Shown here one piece after another: positions 39,044 to 47,450 of a stretch of 64,000 nt of DNA. Origin of the DNA: an uncultured Deferribacteres bacterium. Lineage in GTDB: Bacteria > Zhuqueibacterota > Zhuqueibacteria > Zhuqueibacterales > Geothermadaptataceae. Both the position numbers and the translations under genes were made by a program. Position 1 is the first letter of the stretch; the number at the start of each line of letters is the position of its first letter. The stretch spans positions 21,070 through 85,069 of the forward strand of contig CAXHAT010000006.1 of assembly GCA_964014485.1 (NCBI GenBank). Reading direction: 5' to 3'. The notes below the pieces were generated by a model. The model did no database searches. It worked only from the letters and a program-made list of their open reading frames with translations, and had not been told where the DNA came from.

Positions 39044-40006
39044 ATGACCGACACTTTTATTTCGCCAGAGTTTGATCTGTCCAAAAAAATTGTAGCCTTC
39101 CAGGGGGATTGCATTGAATTACTCAAACAAATCCCTGACAATACGCTTCAATTGATCGTTACTTCGCCGCCTTACAATATTGGCAAAGCTTATGAAAAGC
39201 GTTTGCAACTGGAAACCTATGTCGATCAACAAGCTGCGGTTATTGAAGAATGCGTTCGCGCCCTCTCACCAAAAGGAAGTATTTGCTGGCAAGTCGGCAA
39301 TTACGTTGAAAAAGGAGCGATTGTCCCGCTTGACTCCATCCTTTATCCGGTTTTCAATAAGTATGGTTTGAAAATGCGGAATCGGATCGTTTGGCACTTT
39401 GAGCATGGGCTGCATTGTAAGAACCGTTTTTCCGGGAGATACGAAACGATCAATTGGTTTACCAAATCGGATGATTATGTGTTCAATCTTGATCCCGTGA
39501 GGGTCCCGCAAAAATATCCTGGCAAGAAGCATTTTAAGGGCCCGAACGCTGGGAAATACTCCGGCAATCCGCTCGGCAAAAATCCTAGCGACGTCTGGAC
39601 GATTCCTAATGTAAAAAGTAATCATGTGGAAAAAACAATCCATCCCTGTCAATTTCCTGTTGAGCTTGTCGAACGTCTTGTTCTCTCTATGACGAATGAA
39701 AACGATTGGGTTTTCGATCCATTTATGGGCGTTGGTTCCGCTCTGGTCGCTGCGATTCGACGCAAAAGGAAAGCGGCTGGGGCAGAACTCGTCGGCGATT
39801 ATTATAAGATTGCATGTGAAAGAATTGATAAGACATTGAACGGCACATTGCGAGTCAGGCCGATGACTCGTCCGGTTTACGATCCTCATCAGGCAGGGAA
39901 CAGCTTGACAAAATCTCCGTGGCCGCGATCACAAAATTCACGACAATTGAAAGTCCTTGACAAAAGAAATTCGGGGTATGAGGCGTCAAGCGATGAAAAT
40001 AGTTGA
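39044..40006 (+). CDS. Site-specific DNA methyltransferase, beta class, probably N4-cytosine
   Basis: TSPPY catalytic motif precedes HPCQFP and the DPFMGVG SAM-binding motif. Confidence 0.92.
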   Translation: MTDTFISPEFDLSKKIVAFQGDCIELLKQIPDNTLQLIVTSPPYNIGKAYEKRLQLETYVDQQAAVIEECVRALSPKGSICWQVGNYVEKGAIVPLDSILYPVFNKYGLKMRNRIVWHFEHGLHCKNRFSGRYETINWFTKSDDYVFNLDPVRVPQKYPGKKHFKGPNAGKYSGNPLGKNPSDVWTIPNVKSNHVEKTIHPCQFPVELVERLVLSMTNENDWVFDPFMGVGSALVAAIRRKRKAAGAELVGDYYKIACERIDKTLNGTLRVRPMTRPVYDPHQAGNSLTKSPWPRSQNSRQLKVLDKRNSGYEASSDENS

Positions 40007-40604
40007 GACATATTCTCATTTGAACGGCCTTGAATATTTGCTAGTTCATAAAAAGCAATTATGGTCTGAGATTCAGAAGGTCATACAAGGAGTTGATGCG
40101 GAAGTATGCAAGACCAAAAAATCGAAAGAAAAGACCAAAATGGGCAAGTTGCTTTACAGCCCTATCGATATGAACAAATCTTTTAGCGCTCTGCTGAAAG
40201 CAAAAAAATGGCAAGAAAGTAGAGTGAGTTATTGGGTGACAAAAAATGAAAAACTAATTCGAAAAACGCTTTCGATGCCAGCGGCTGAACAAAAGAAAGT
40301 CATTGAAGCGACAGGCGAAACGCCGATTTTCAGCTACAATCAAACGGATTTTGTTAAAGATCGCGTCGCTGTCGAAGTGCAGTTTGGCAAATACGCCTTT
40401 GTCGCCTACGATCTTTTTGTGAAACACTTGGCGTTTTATGTCAGCGATAACATTGATGTCGGCGTCGAAATCCTGCCAATGAAATCGTTGCAAGCTGAAA
40501 TGAGTTCCGGCGTTCCGTATTTTGAAGGCGAATTTTATAACGTCATTCGTCAAGGTCGCGGCGTTCCCGCCGTACCGCTCGTGATTGTTGGCATTGCTCC
40601 TTGA
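39993..40604 (+). CDS. Type II restriction endonuclease, BglII/BstYI family
   Basis: MKIVETYSH start, NQTDFVKDRVAVEVQFGK (D...ExQ catalytic motif) and IDVGVEI; overlaps the MTase stop. Confidence 0.85.
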   Translation: MKIVETYSHLNGLEYLLVHKKQLWSEIQKVIQGVDAEVCKTKKSKEKTKMGKLLYSPIDMNKSFSALLKAKKWQESRVSYWVTKNEKLIRKTLSMPAAEQKKVIEATGETPIFSYNQTDFVKDRVAVEVQFGKYAFVAYDLFVKHLAFYVSDNIDVGVEILPMKSLQAEMSSGVPYFEGEFYNVIRQGRGVPAVPLVIVGIAP

Positions 40605-40747
40605 TCTCCAATGCCTTACTGAATATTGCATCTCCGTCATTCTCGTTCGGTTAGATTTCGTTTTGGAAAACTAACCTTCGCGCCACACTTTCAAATAATT
40701 CCCTTTAAAAAAAACGCCCGTCCCGCCTCAAAATTACGGAGGAACAA

Positions 40748-43700
40748 ATGCTATTTTCTCGCAAAAACCTGCTTACTGTCACTATCGTTGCCTTCTTTTT
40801 TCTTGTACAAACGGCCTCTGCGCAAGTCTTGCCGGAATCTCTCGGCCAATCATCTTCAGAGGCAACGATCGAATTCGCCGAAGACAAAGCCGAGAAAAAA
40901 GCCAAAAATAAAAACCTGCCGCTCGAAGCGGGACGCACGGTTTCGTTTACCACCAACGAGGCGTCCTGGCTCTCGCTGGATGTCAGCCCGGACGGAGGGA
41001 CGATTGTTTTTGAGCTGCTTGGCGATCTTTACACCCTGCCCATCGCCGGCGGAACGGCCGAGCAATTGACCGGCGGCATGGCGTTCGACGCGCAGCCGCG
41101 CTTCAGCCCGGACGGCGAGCGCATCGTTTTTGTCTCCGACCGCAGCGGCGGCGACAACATTTGGGTCATTTCCACCGACAAAGCCGACACCCTGCAAATT
41201 ACCAAAAGTAAGGCCGATCTTTACATGTCGCCAACCTGGACGCCGGACGGCAAGTACATCGTCACCTCGAAATCAAGCGGTCTCGGCGTGGGCAAACTCT
41301 GGATGTTCCACGTTGACGGCGGCAGCGGCGTGCAGCTCATCAAAAAGCCGGACAATTGGCAGACGCTGGGCGCGGCGTTTGGCAAGGACGAGCGCTACAT
41401 TTGGTTCGCGCGCAGAACCGGCGGCTGGCAGTACAATGCGCAATTGCCGCAATATCAGCTTGCGATTTACGACCGCGAAACCGGAAAAAATTATACCCAG
41501 TCCGCACTCTACGGCTCCGCTTTCCGCCCCACGCTCTCGCGCGACGGCAAATGGCTGGTTTACGGCACGCGCCATGACGAACACACCGGCCTGCGTCTGC
41601 GCGACCTCGACGCCGGCGACGAACGCTGGCTGGCCTATCCCGTGCAACGCGACGATCAGGAAGCACGCTCCACCCGCGACGTGCTTCCAGGCATGGCGTT
41701 TACGCCCGATTCAAAATCCATCATCGCTTCTTACGGCGGCAAAATCTGGCGCATCCCGGTCGAGGGCGGCGACGCAGTGGAAATTCCGTTTACCGTTGAC
41801 GTCAATCTCGAAATTGGGCCGGAATTAACTTTCGATTACCCAGTCGACGACGCGCCGACTTTCACGGTTAAGCAGATTCGCGACGCGGTTCCTTCGCCGG
41901 ACGGTAAGAAGCTCGCATTCACGTCACTGGATCGTTTGTGGGTCATGGATTATCCCGACGGAACGCCCGCGCGCTTGACCGACATGGCCATCGGCGAGCA
42001 CCAGCCGCAATGGTCGCCGGACGGCCGCAGTATCGCCTACGTCACCTGGGACGTTGACGGCGGGCACATTTACAAAGTGCGCGCGGACGGGCGCGGCAAT
42101 CCCCAGCAACTCACGCAAAACGCCGCGTATTATCGCAGTCTGGCTTATTCGCCCAACGGTAATCGTCTTGTTGCCGTTCGCAGTTCGAAGCAAGGTTTTC
42201 TGGAAGAAACCGGCGGGGCGGGTTCGCAATTGATTTGGCTTCCGGCCAACGGCGGCGCCGTCACGGTGATTTCTCCGACCGAAGGACGCGGCGCGCCGCA
42301 TTTTCGTAAGAATGATCCTGACCGAATTTATCTCTACGCCGGTCTCACCGGCCTGATTTCCATGCGCTGGGACGGCACGGATATTAAAGAGCACGTGAAG
42401 GTAAAAGGCGGCACGCCGCCGGGATCGACCAACCCGACCAACGCCAGCCTGATCATGATGGCGCCGGAGGGTGATCAAGCATTGGCGCAGGTTCTGAATG
42501 ATATTTACGTCGTCACCGTGCCCTACGTCGGCGGCGACACGCCCACGGTTTCGGTGGCGAATCCCGCGGGTGCGGCTTTTCCCGCCAAAAAATTGACCGT
42601 TGTCGGCGGGCAGTTCCCGACCTGGAGCGCGGACGCGAAAAAAGTGCATTGGTCTATTGGCAACGCCCATTTCGTCTACGATCTCGACGCCGCGAAAGCC
42701 GCCGAAGACAGCGCCAAAGCGGCAAAAAAGGCTGCTGCGGCGGATACTTCGAGTGGCGGTTCTGTGGCGGACAGCACTCAAGCGGCGGAATCTGACAGCA
42801 CGAAATCCAAAAAAGAAGACAAGCCGATTTACGAAGCGAAAGAAACGCGCATCAAAATTGAGGCGCGGCGCGACATTCCGCAGGGCACGCTGCTCTTGAC
42901 CGGCGCGCGCATCATCACCATGAACGGCGACGAAATCATCGAAAACGGCGACATTCTCATCCGCAACAACCGCATCGAAGGCGTCGGCGCGAGCGGCAGT
43001 CTGGACGCGCCGGGCGGGACGAAGGAAATCGACGTTTCGGGCAAGACCATCGCGCCGGGGTTCGTCGATACGCACGCGCACATTTGGCCGTCGTTCGGTA
43101 TTCACAAAACGCAGGTTTGGGAATATTTGGCGAATCTGGCTTACGGCGTGACCACTACGCGCGATCCGCAAACGGCGACCACGGACGTGCTTTCTTACAC
43201 TGATCTTGTCGAGACCGGCGAGCTGGTCGGGCCGCGAGTTTATTACACCGGTCCCGGCGTTTTTTGGTTTGAGCAAATCAAAGACGCCAAGCACGCGAAG
43301 GACGTTTTGAAGCGCTACAGCGAGTATTATGATTCGAAAACCATCAAGCAATATCTCGCCGGCAACCGCCAGCAGCGTCAGTGGGTGATCATGGCGGCGA
43401 AGGAGCAAAAACTCATGCCGACCACCGAGGGCGCCCTCGATCTCAAGCTCAATCTCACCCAGATGATCGACGGCTATCCCGGCCATGAGCACTCGTTTCC
43501 GATTTACCCGCTCTACAAAGACATCATTGAGTTGACCGCGCAATCAAAGACGGTTTACACGCCGACGCTGCTCGTGGCTTATGGCGGGCCGTGGGCGGAA
43601 AACTATTTCTACGCCACCGAGGAAGTGCATGACAATGAAAAAATGCGCCGTTTCACCCCGCACAGCACTATCGACAGAGTGTCCTTGCGCCGCGCGGGCT

Positions 43701-44137
43701 GGTTCCGGGAAGAGCAGCACGTTTTTAAAGATCACGCGAAATTCGTGGCGGACTTGGTGAAGGCGGGCGGACTGGCGGGGGTCGGCAGTCACGGACAGTT
43801 GCAGGGCGTGGGCTATCACTGGGAACTGTGGGCGATGCAGTCGGGCGGACTACCCGAGCATGACGCGCTGCGCGTTGCAACCCTGCACGGCGCGACGGCC
43901 ATCGGTCTGGAAAACGATCTCGGCTCCCTCGAAAAAGGCAAGATCGCCGACCTGATCGTGTTCCACAAAAACCCGCTCGACGATATCCGCAATACCGACA
44001 CGATTCAATACGTCATGAAAAACGGCCGTCTCTACAACGGCGACACGCTCGACGAAACCTGGCCCCGCCAAAAACCGCTGTCAAAAATCTGGTGGTCTGA
44101 CCTCGAGCCGAACGGCGTACCGGGGGTGAAGAAATAG
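40748..44137 (+). CDS. Secreted amidohydrolase with PD40 (TolB-like) propeller repeats
   Basis: Repeated P.(F/W)SPDG motifs; PGFVDTHAH, GVTT.RD and G.LE.GK.ADL. Confidence 0.9.
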   Translation: MLFSRKNLLTVTIVAFFFLVQTASAQVLPESLGQSSSEATIEFAEDKAEKKAKNKNLPLEAGRTVSFTTNEASWLSLDVSPDGGTIVFELLGDLYTLPIAGGTAEQLTGGMAFDAQPRFSPDGERIVFVSDRSGGDNIWVISTDKADTLQITKSKADLYMSPTWTPDGKYIVTSKSSGLGVGKLWMFHVDGGSGVQLIKKPDNWQTLGAAFGKDERYIWFARRTGGWQYNAQLPQYQLAIYDRETGKNYTQSALYGSAFRPTLSRDGKWLVYGTRHDEHTGLRLRDLDAGDERWLAYPVQRDDQEARSTRDVLPGMAFTPDSKSIIASYGGKIWRIPVEGGDAVEIPFTVDVNLEIGPELTFDYPVDDAPTFTVKQIRDAVPSPDGKKLAFTSLDRLWVMDYPDGTPARLTDMAIGEHQPQWSPDGRSIAYVTWDVDGGHIYKVRADGRGNPQQLTQNAAYYRSLAYSPNGNRLVAVRSSKQGFLEETGGAGSQLIWLPANGGAVTVISPTEGRGAPHFRKNDPDRIYLYAGLTGLISMRWDGTDIKEHVKVKGGTPPGSTNPTNASLIMMAPEGDQALAQVLNDIYVVTVPYVGGDTPTVSVANPAGAAFPAKKLTVVGGQFPTWSADAKKVHWSIGNAHFVYDLDAAKAAEDSAKAAKKAAAADTSSGGSVADSTQAAESDSTKSKKEDKPIYEAKETRIKIEARRDIPQGTLLLTGARIITMNGDEIIENGDILIRNNRIEGVGASGSLDAPGGTKEIDVSGKTIAPGFVDTHAHIWPSFGIHKTQVWEYLANLAYGVTTTRDPQTATTDVLSYTDLVETGELVGPRVYYTGPGVFWFEQIKDAKHAKDVLKRYSEYYDSKTIKQYLAGNRQQRQWVIMAAKEQKLMPTTEGALDLKLNLTQMIDGYPGHEHSFPIYPLYKDIIELTAQSKTVYTPTLLVAYGGPWAENYFYATEEVHDNEKMRRFTPHSTIDRVSLRRAGWFREEQHVFKDHAKFVADLVKAGGLAGVGSHGQLQGVGYHWELWAMQSGGLPEHDALRVATLHGATAIGLENDLGSLEKGKIADLIVFHKNPLDDIRNTDTIQYVMKNGRLYNGDTLDETWPRQKPLSKIWWSDLEPNGVPGVKK

Positions 44138-44186
44138 GCTTGAAATTTTGGAGTGGTGGATTGTTGGATTGATGTTCCCGCTTGCG

Positions 44187-44362
44187 TGCTCGTCGGGGCC
44201 CGGCTGTCCGGGATCCCCGCTCGGCTTTCGTATAATCTCCGACGCGGCAATGTCTCGCGGATTGCATCCGCCTGTCAAATCACTCCGGGACACAACCCAT
44301 TCTCATTTGTTCCGCTGGGGACTATACGCGAGCAGCGCACTGAAGCAAATCCCCAGCGAGCG
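44187..44362. repeat. Structured intergenic element D1 upstream of the PIN gene
   Basis: tgctcgtcgggg...catttgttccgctggggactatacgc...atccccagcgagc; its ends are imperfect inverted repeats. Homologous to 45031-45142. Confidence 0.7.
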
Positions 44363-44407
44363 AATAAAAATACTCAGTGATCAGGGAAACATGGTTGAAA
44401 AAGACGA

Positions 44408-44866
44408 ATGAAATCGAGAATTTACACTGATACTTCCGTTTTTGGCGGTTGCTTTGATGATGAGTTTAGCGAACACTCGAAAAAATTTATCGAGCAGCTA
44501 AAAACCGGCAAACAAATTTTGGTGATTTCTGATTTGACCATCAGAGAACTGGAAGGCGCTCCGCGGAAAGTCAAAGATTTATTCCAAGCGTTGCCGAAGA
44601 TGTTCGTTGAGTATGTGGCGCTTGATAAGGAAGCGAGAGATTTGGCTGACAAATACATTGAAGAACAAGCGCTTACGCGTAAATCATTCGTTGACGCCCA
44701 GCACATCGCCATCGCCACGACAAACCATGTTGACGTATTGGTGAGTTGGAATTTCAAACATATTGTGAATTTGAGAAGAATTCGGCTTTTTAACGCCGCG
44801 AACTTGAAATATGGGTATTCATTCATTGAGATAAGATCACCGAGGGAAATAATTGATGAAGGCTAA
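44408..44866 (+). CDS. PIN-domain (VapC-like) toxin
   Basis: IYTDTSVFG, E, DAQHIAIA and LVSWNFKHIVN. Confidence 0.88.
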   Translation: MKSRIYTDTSVFGGCFDDEFSEHSKKFIEQLKTGKQILVISDLTIRELEGAPRKVKDLFQALPKMFVEYVALDKEARDLADKYIEEQALTRKSFVDAQHIAIATTNHVDVLVSWNFKHIVNLRRIRLFNAANLKYGYSFIEIRSPREIIDEG

Positions 44867-45023
44867 AGCAAAAAACAAGAAGTTCGATGCCGTGGAAATG
44901 ATGAGAAAAATACGGGACGGGTTGTCTGAAAAATATTTAAAAAACCCGGAACTCGAAGAAGAAGAGTTGGCCGTTATTCGTCGAAAATACGGTATTGTGA
45001 TAAAGGAAAAGAAGCTAGTTTAA
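44856..45023 (+). CDS. Small putative antitoxin, 55 aa (below the ORF-track cutoff)
   Basis: MKAKAKNKKFDAVEMMRKIRD...; overlaps the PIN stop in the position typical of the partner gene. Confidence 0.7.
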   Translation: MKAKAKNKKFDAVEMMRKIRDGLSEKYLKNPELEEEELAVIRRKYGIVIKEKKLV

Positions 45024-45030
45024 AAGCGAT

Positions 45031-45142
45031 TGCTCGTCGAGGAGATTCTCCCTGCCAAGCCGTGGCAGGATGCAGTCCCTTCGGCATTTGTTCCGCTAGG
45101 ATTATACGCAGGCATAGCACAGAAGAGAATTCCCAGCGAGCA
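45031..45142. repeat. Structured intergenic element D2
   Basis: tgctcgtcgagga...catttgttccgctaggattatacgc...ttcccagcgagca. Confidence 0.7.
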
Positions 45143-45169
45143 GAAGAAGACTAAACGAGGTCTGTTAAA

Positions 45170-46081
45170 ATGAGTATCACCTCTCCAGGCAGTCATGTCA
45201 TTGCTGATTTTCAACCTCACCGGGTTTACGGTGAAGCTGGTCTCGGGTGTTATCGGTTAAAATTCGGGCTTGCTTATTCCATACACGCGTGGCCAGATAA
45301 AGCTCTAGAATTCAGAAATGTGCAAACTGAGATTTATGTTCGGGGAGAGACGGGGAGCGATTTTCATTTCTTGGGAGAATCCAAGCCCGAAAAGCCACTG
45401 TTAATCAGAACTTCACGACACTCCATTACCAATCTTAAAATTGCTTTTAGTATGACTCTCTACGAGCATCAACTAGAAAAAATCGAAAGCATGCGTAATG
45501 GCGAGGGGCTTCATTTTAAATTAAATTTGGCAGGCGAGTCATTTGGCGATGGAAGATCGGAAATTACCCAAAATGAATTGCGACTTTTTGTGAATCAAAA
45601 AGAGTGGTTGGAGGTTTTAAAGCAAATCGATTACGGGGAATTTTTGTTATTTGAAATTCCAGTTCCCTCGGCAGAGCAATCGGAAGAACTGAGGACGGCC
45701 GTGGCACTCATGACGCAAGCAAGAAGTCATTTTCTATTAGGGAATTATGGTGATGCTGTTGCAACGTGCCGAAACGTTTTAGAAAGCCTTGCAAAAGCTC
45801 TAAAAGAAGAAAAGAAGCAATCTCAGGCAAAAAAACAATTCAAGGAAAATGAGCAGTCGGCACGAGCGATGACACAAGAACAAAGAGCGCTTTTGATTCG
45901 AGAATCTGTAAAACACTTTTCACAGCTTGCCCATCATCCTTCCAGTGATGGTGCAGCGTTTATATTCAATCGAAAAGAAGCTCTTTTGATGTTGGGCTGT
46001 ACTGCCACATTGATATCATTTGCTTTACAACCTGACAGCACGAACTCCCGGAAGGAATTTAAAAACGATGAGACAATTTAG
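45170..46081 (+). CDS. Hypothetical protein with beta-rich N-terminus and HEPN-like helical C-terminus
   Basis: RBS gagg; C-terminal pattern A..HF..G.Y..AV..CR..LE...LAHHP...R.EA...L. Confidence 0.6.
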   Translation: MSITSPGSHVIADFQPHRVYGEAGLGCYRLKFGLAYSIHAWPDKALEFRNVQTEIYVRGETGSDFHFLGESKPEKPLLIRTSRHSITNLKIAFSMTLYEHQLEKIESMRNGEGLHFKLNLAGESFGDGRSEITQNELRLFVNQKEWLEVLKQIDYGEFLLFEIPVPSAEQSEELRTAVALMTQARSHFLLGNYGDAVATCRNVLESLAKALKEEKKQSQAKKQFKENEQSARAMTQEQRALLIRESVKHFSQLAHHPSSDGAAFIFNRKEALLMLGCTATLISFALQPDSTNSRKEFKNDETI

Positions 46082-46385
46082 AACCCTCGACAATATCGAA
46101 GAAGATTACTTCCGCAAACACCCGGAAGAAATAGACGCTTATCTGGCTGAAATCTTCAACGATTATGCCGAAGACGGCGACTCAGCGGCGCTGCTGGCTT
46201 CCTTGCGCATCATTGCCAAAGTGAAGGGGATCACAGCCGTTGCCAAAGAAACCGGCATGACGCGGCAAGGTTTGCAAAAAGCGCTCTCCAGCAAAGGTAA
46301 CCCGAAACTGGATAACATCAATTCCATCATGTCGGCTTTGGGTTATCGCTTAACGCCTCGGAAAATTGACGCAAGGATGATATAA
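46068..46385 (+). CDS. Addiction-module antidote protein (HI1420-like XRE antitoxin), no toxin partner
   Basis: AYL...D...LL..LR.IAK.KG...VA..TG..RQ.L.KALS..GNP.L. Confidence 0.85.
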   Translation: MRQFRTLDNIEEDYFRKHPEEIDAYLAEIFNDYAEDGDSAALLASLRIIAKVKGITAVAKETGMTRQGLQKALSSKGNPKLDNINSIMSALGYRLTPRKIDARMI

Positions 46386-46796
46386 TTGGCAAAACCAAAG
46401 TCGATTGAAATAGATGCCCAAAAAGTATGGGAGCATTGGATCGAAACGTCAAACGACGACTTCGGAACGATGAACAAGCTGTTCGATGCTAAAACGTATC
46501 ATTGGGCGCTGTTTCTTGGGCACATCTCAGTGGAAAAACTGCTCAAAGCGTTGTACGTAAAACTGCACGGCAAGCACTCCCCGGCGATTCATAATTTGTA
46601 CAGATTAGCGGAATTATGTAATATCGAACTGACCGCCGAGAATGCCGATTGGCTAGACACAATCACGTCGTTCAACATCAATGCTCGATATGATGACCAC
46701 AAAAAAGAATTTTATCATCTCTGCACGCGTGAATACGCGGAATTATGGATTGAGCGAATCAAGGAATTGCGCCAATGGATAACAAAGATGTTCTAA
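46386..46796 (+). CDS. HEPN domain protein
   Basis: Y.WALF..H..VEK.LKA, P..HNL..L and ARY. Confidence 0.85.
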   Translation: MAKPKSIEIDAQKVWEHWIETSNDDFGTMNKLFDAKTYHWALFLGHISVEKLLKALYVKLHGKHSPAIHNLYRLAELCNIELTAENADWLDTITSFNINARYDDHKKEFYHLCTREYAELWIERIKELRQWITKMF

Positions 46797-47092
46797 ATGT
46801 TGCCCGGAAATATGCTTCGGTCGTTGCGGCAAATTTTGCCTGCAAACAAATTTTTCTTTTCGGCTCATATGCCAGAGGAACGAACCGGGAAGAAAGCGAC
46901 ATTGATATTGCCGTGGTACTCGATGATTTCGAAAACTCTCTGGACGTGCAGTTAGAATTGATGCGATTGCGGCGTAAAATTGACAGTCGAATTGAGCCGC
47001 ACCCGTTCAGGGAAAAGGATTTCAACGCAACCAATCCAATTGCTTACGAAATATTGCGGCACGGATGGCAAATTGATCATTATGTCATTTAG
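46775..47092 (+). CDS. Minimal nucleotidyltransferase (MNT), partner of the HEPN protein
   Basis: LFGSYARG...SDIDIAVV. Confidence 0.9.
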   Translation: MDNKDVLNVARKYASVVAANFACKQIFLFGSYARGTNREESDIDIAVVLDDFENSLDVQLELMRLRRKIDSRIEPHPFREKDFNATNPIAYEILRHGWQIDHYVI

Positions 47093-47155
47093 TCCGGTGG
47101 TTGGGTTCCCATACAAGATCAACCAACATTTTGATAGAATCAGAAGATGCAAAAA

Positions 47156-47314
47156 ATGGGCAAAGCTTTTGATAAAATTGAAAAAGCCTAACCTAAAGAC
47201 ACCATCGCTTACGCGAAGGATGAGAAGGTCGATGTGAAAGAATTCAGACAAATAATCGGCATGGCGCAGTAGAAATTCGCCGACGCGTTCGGTTGGGGAA
47301 TGCTGCGGCGCTGA
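47156..47314 (+). pseudogene. Degraded HigA/NadS-like XRE antitoxin
   Basis: One frame reads MGKAFDKIEKA*PKDTIAYAKDEKVDVKEFRQIIGMAQ*KFADAFGWGMLRR*, with two internal stops. Confidence 0.65.
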
Positions 47315-47450
47315 TGACTTGCAATGTTTTGTTGAACTCGTGAAATTCGATGAGCGGGGCGGGTGAAGAAAAAGAATCTACAAATAAGTGTTTAACTTGA
47401 AGAAATCGGCACGACGGTTGGCATGCACTGGATTTAGACTCTTCTGCCAA

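Noticed and set aside
41924..43543. 539-aa antisense ORF, and other long antisense ORFs over GC-rich genes
   Set aside because: It is a shadow of the amidohydrolase's biased codon usage and has no motifs.
44187..45142. Integron attC sites or a CRISPR array
   Set aside because: There are no RYYYAAC/GTTRRRY cores, only two diverged copies with no regular spacers, and no integrase or cas gene in the window.
47405..47422. Sigma-54-like motif cggcacgacggttggc, and a similar one near 36278-36293
   Set aside because: The GG-N10-GC spacing or the GG is violated, and the first has no suitably oriented gene.
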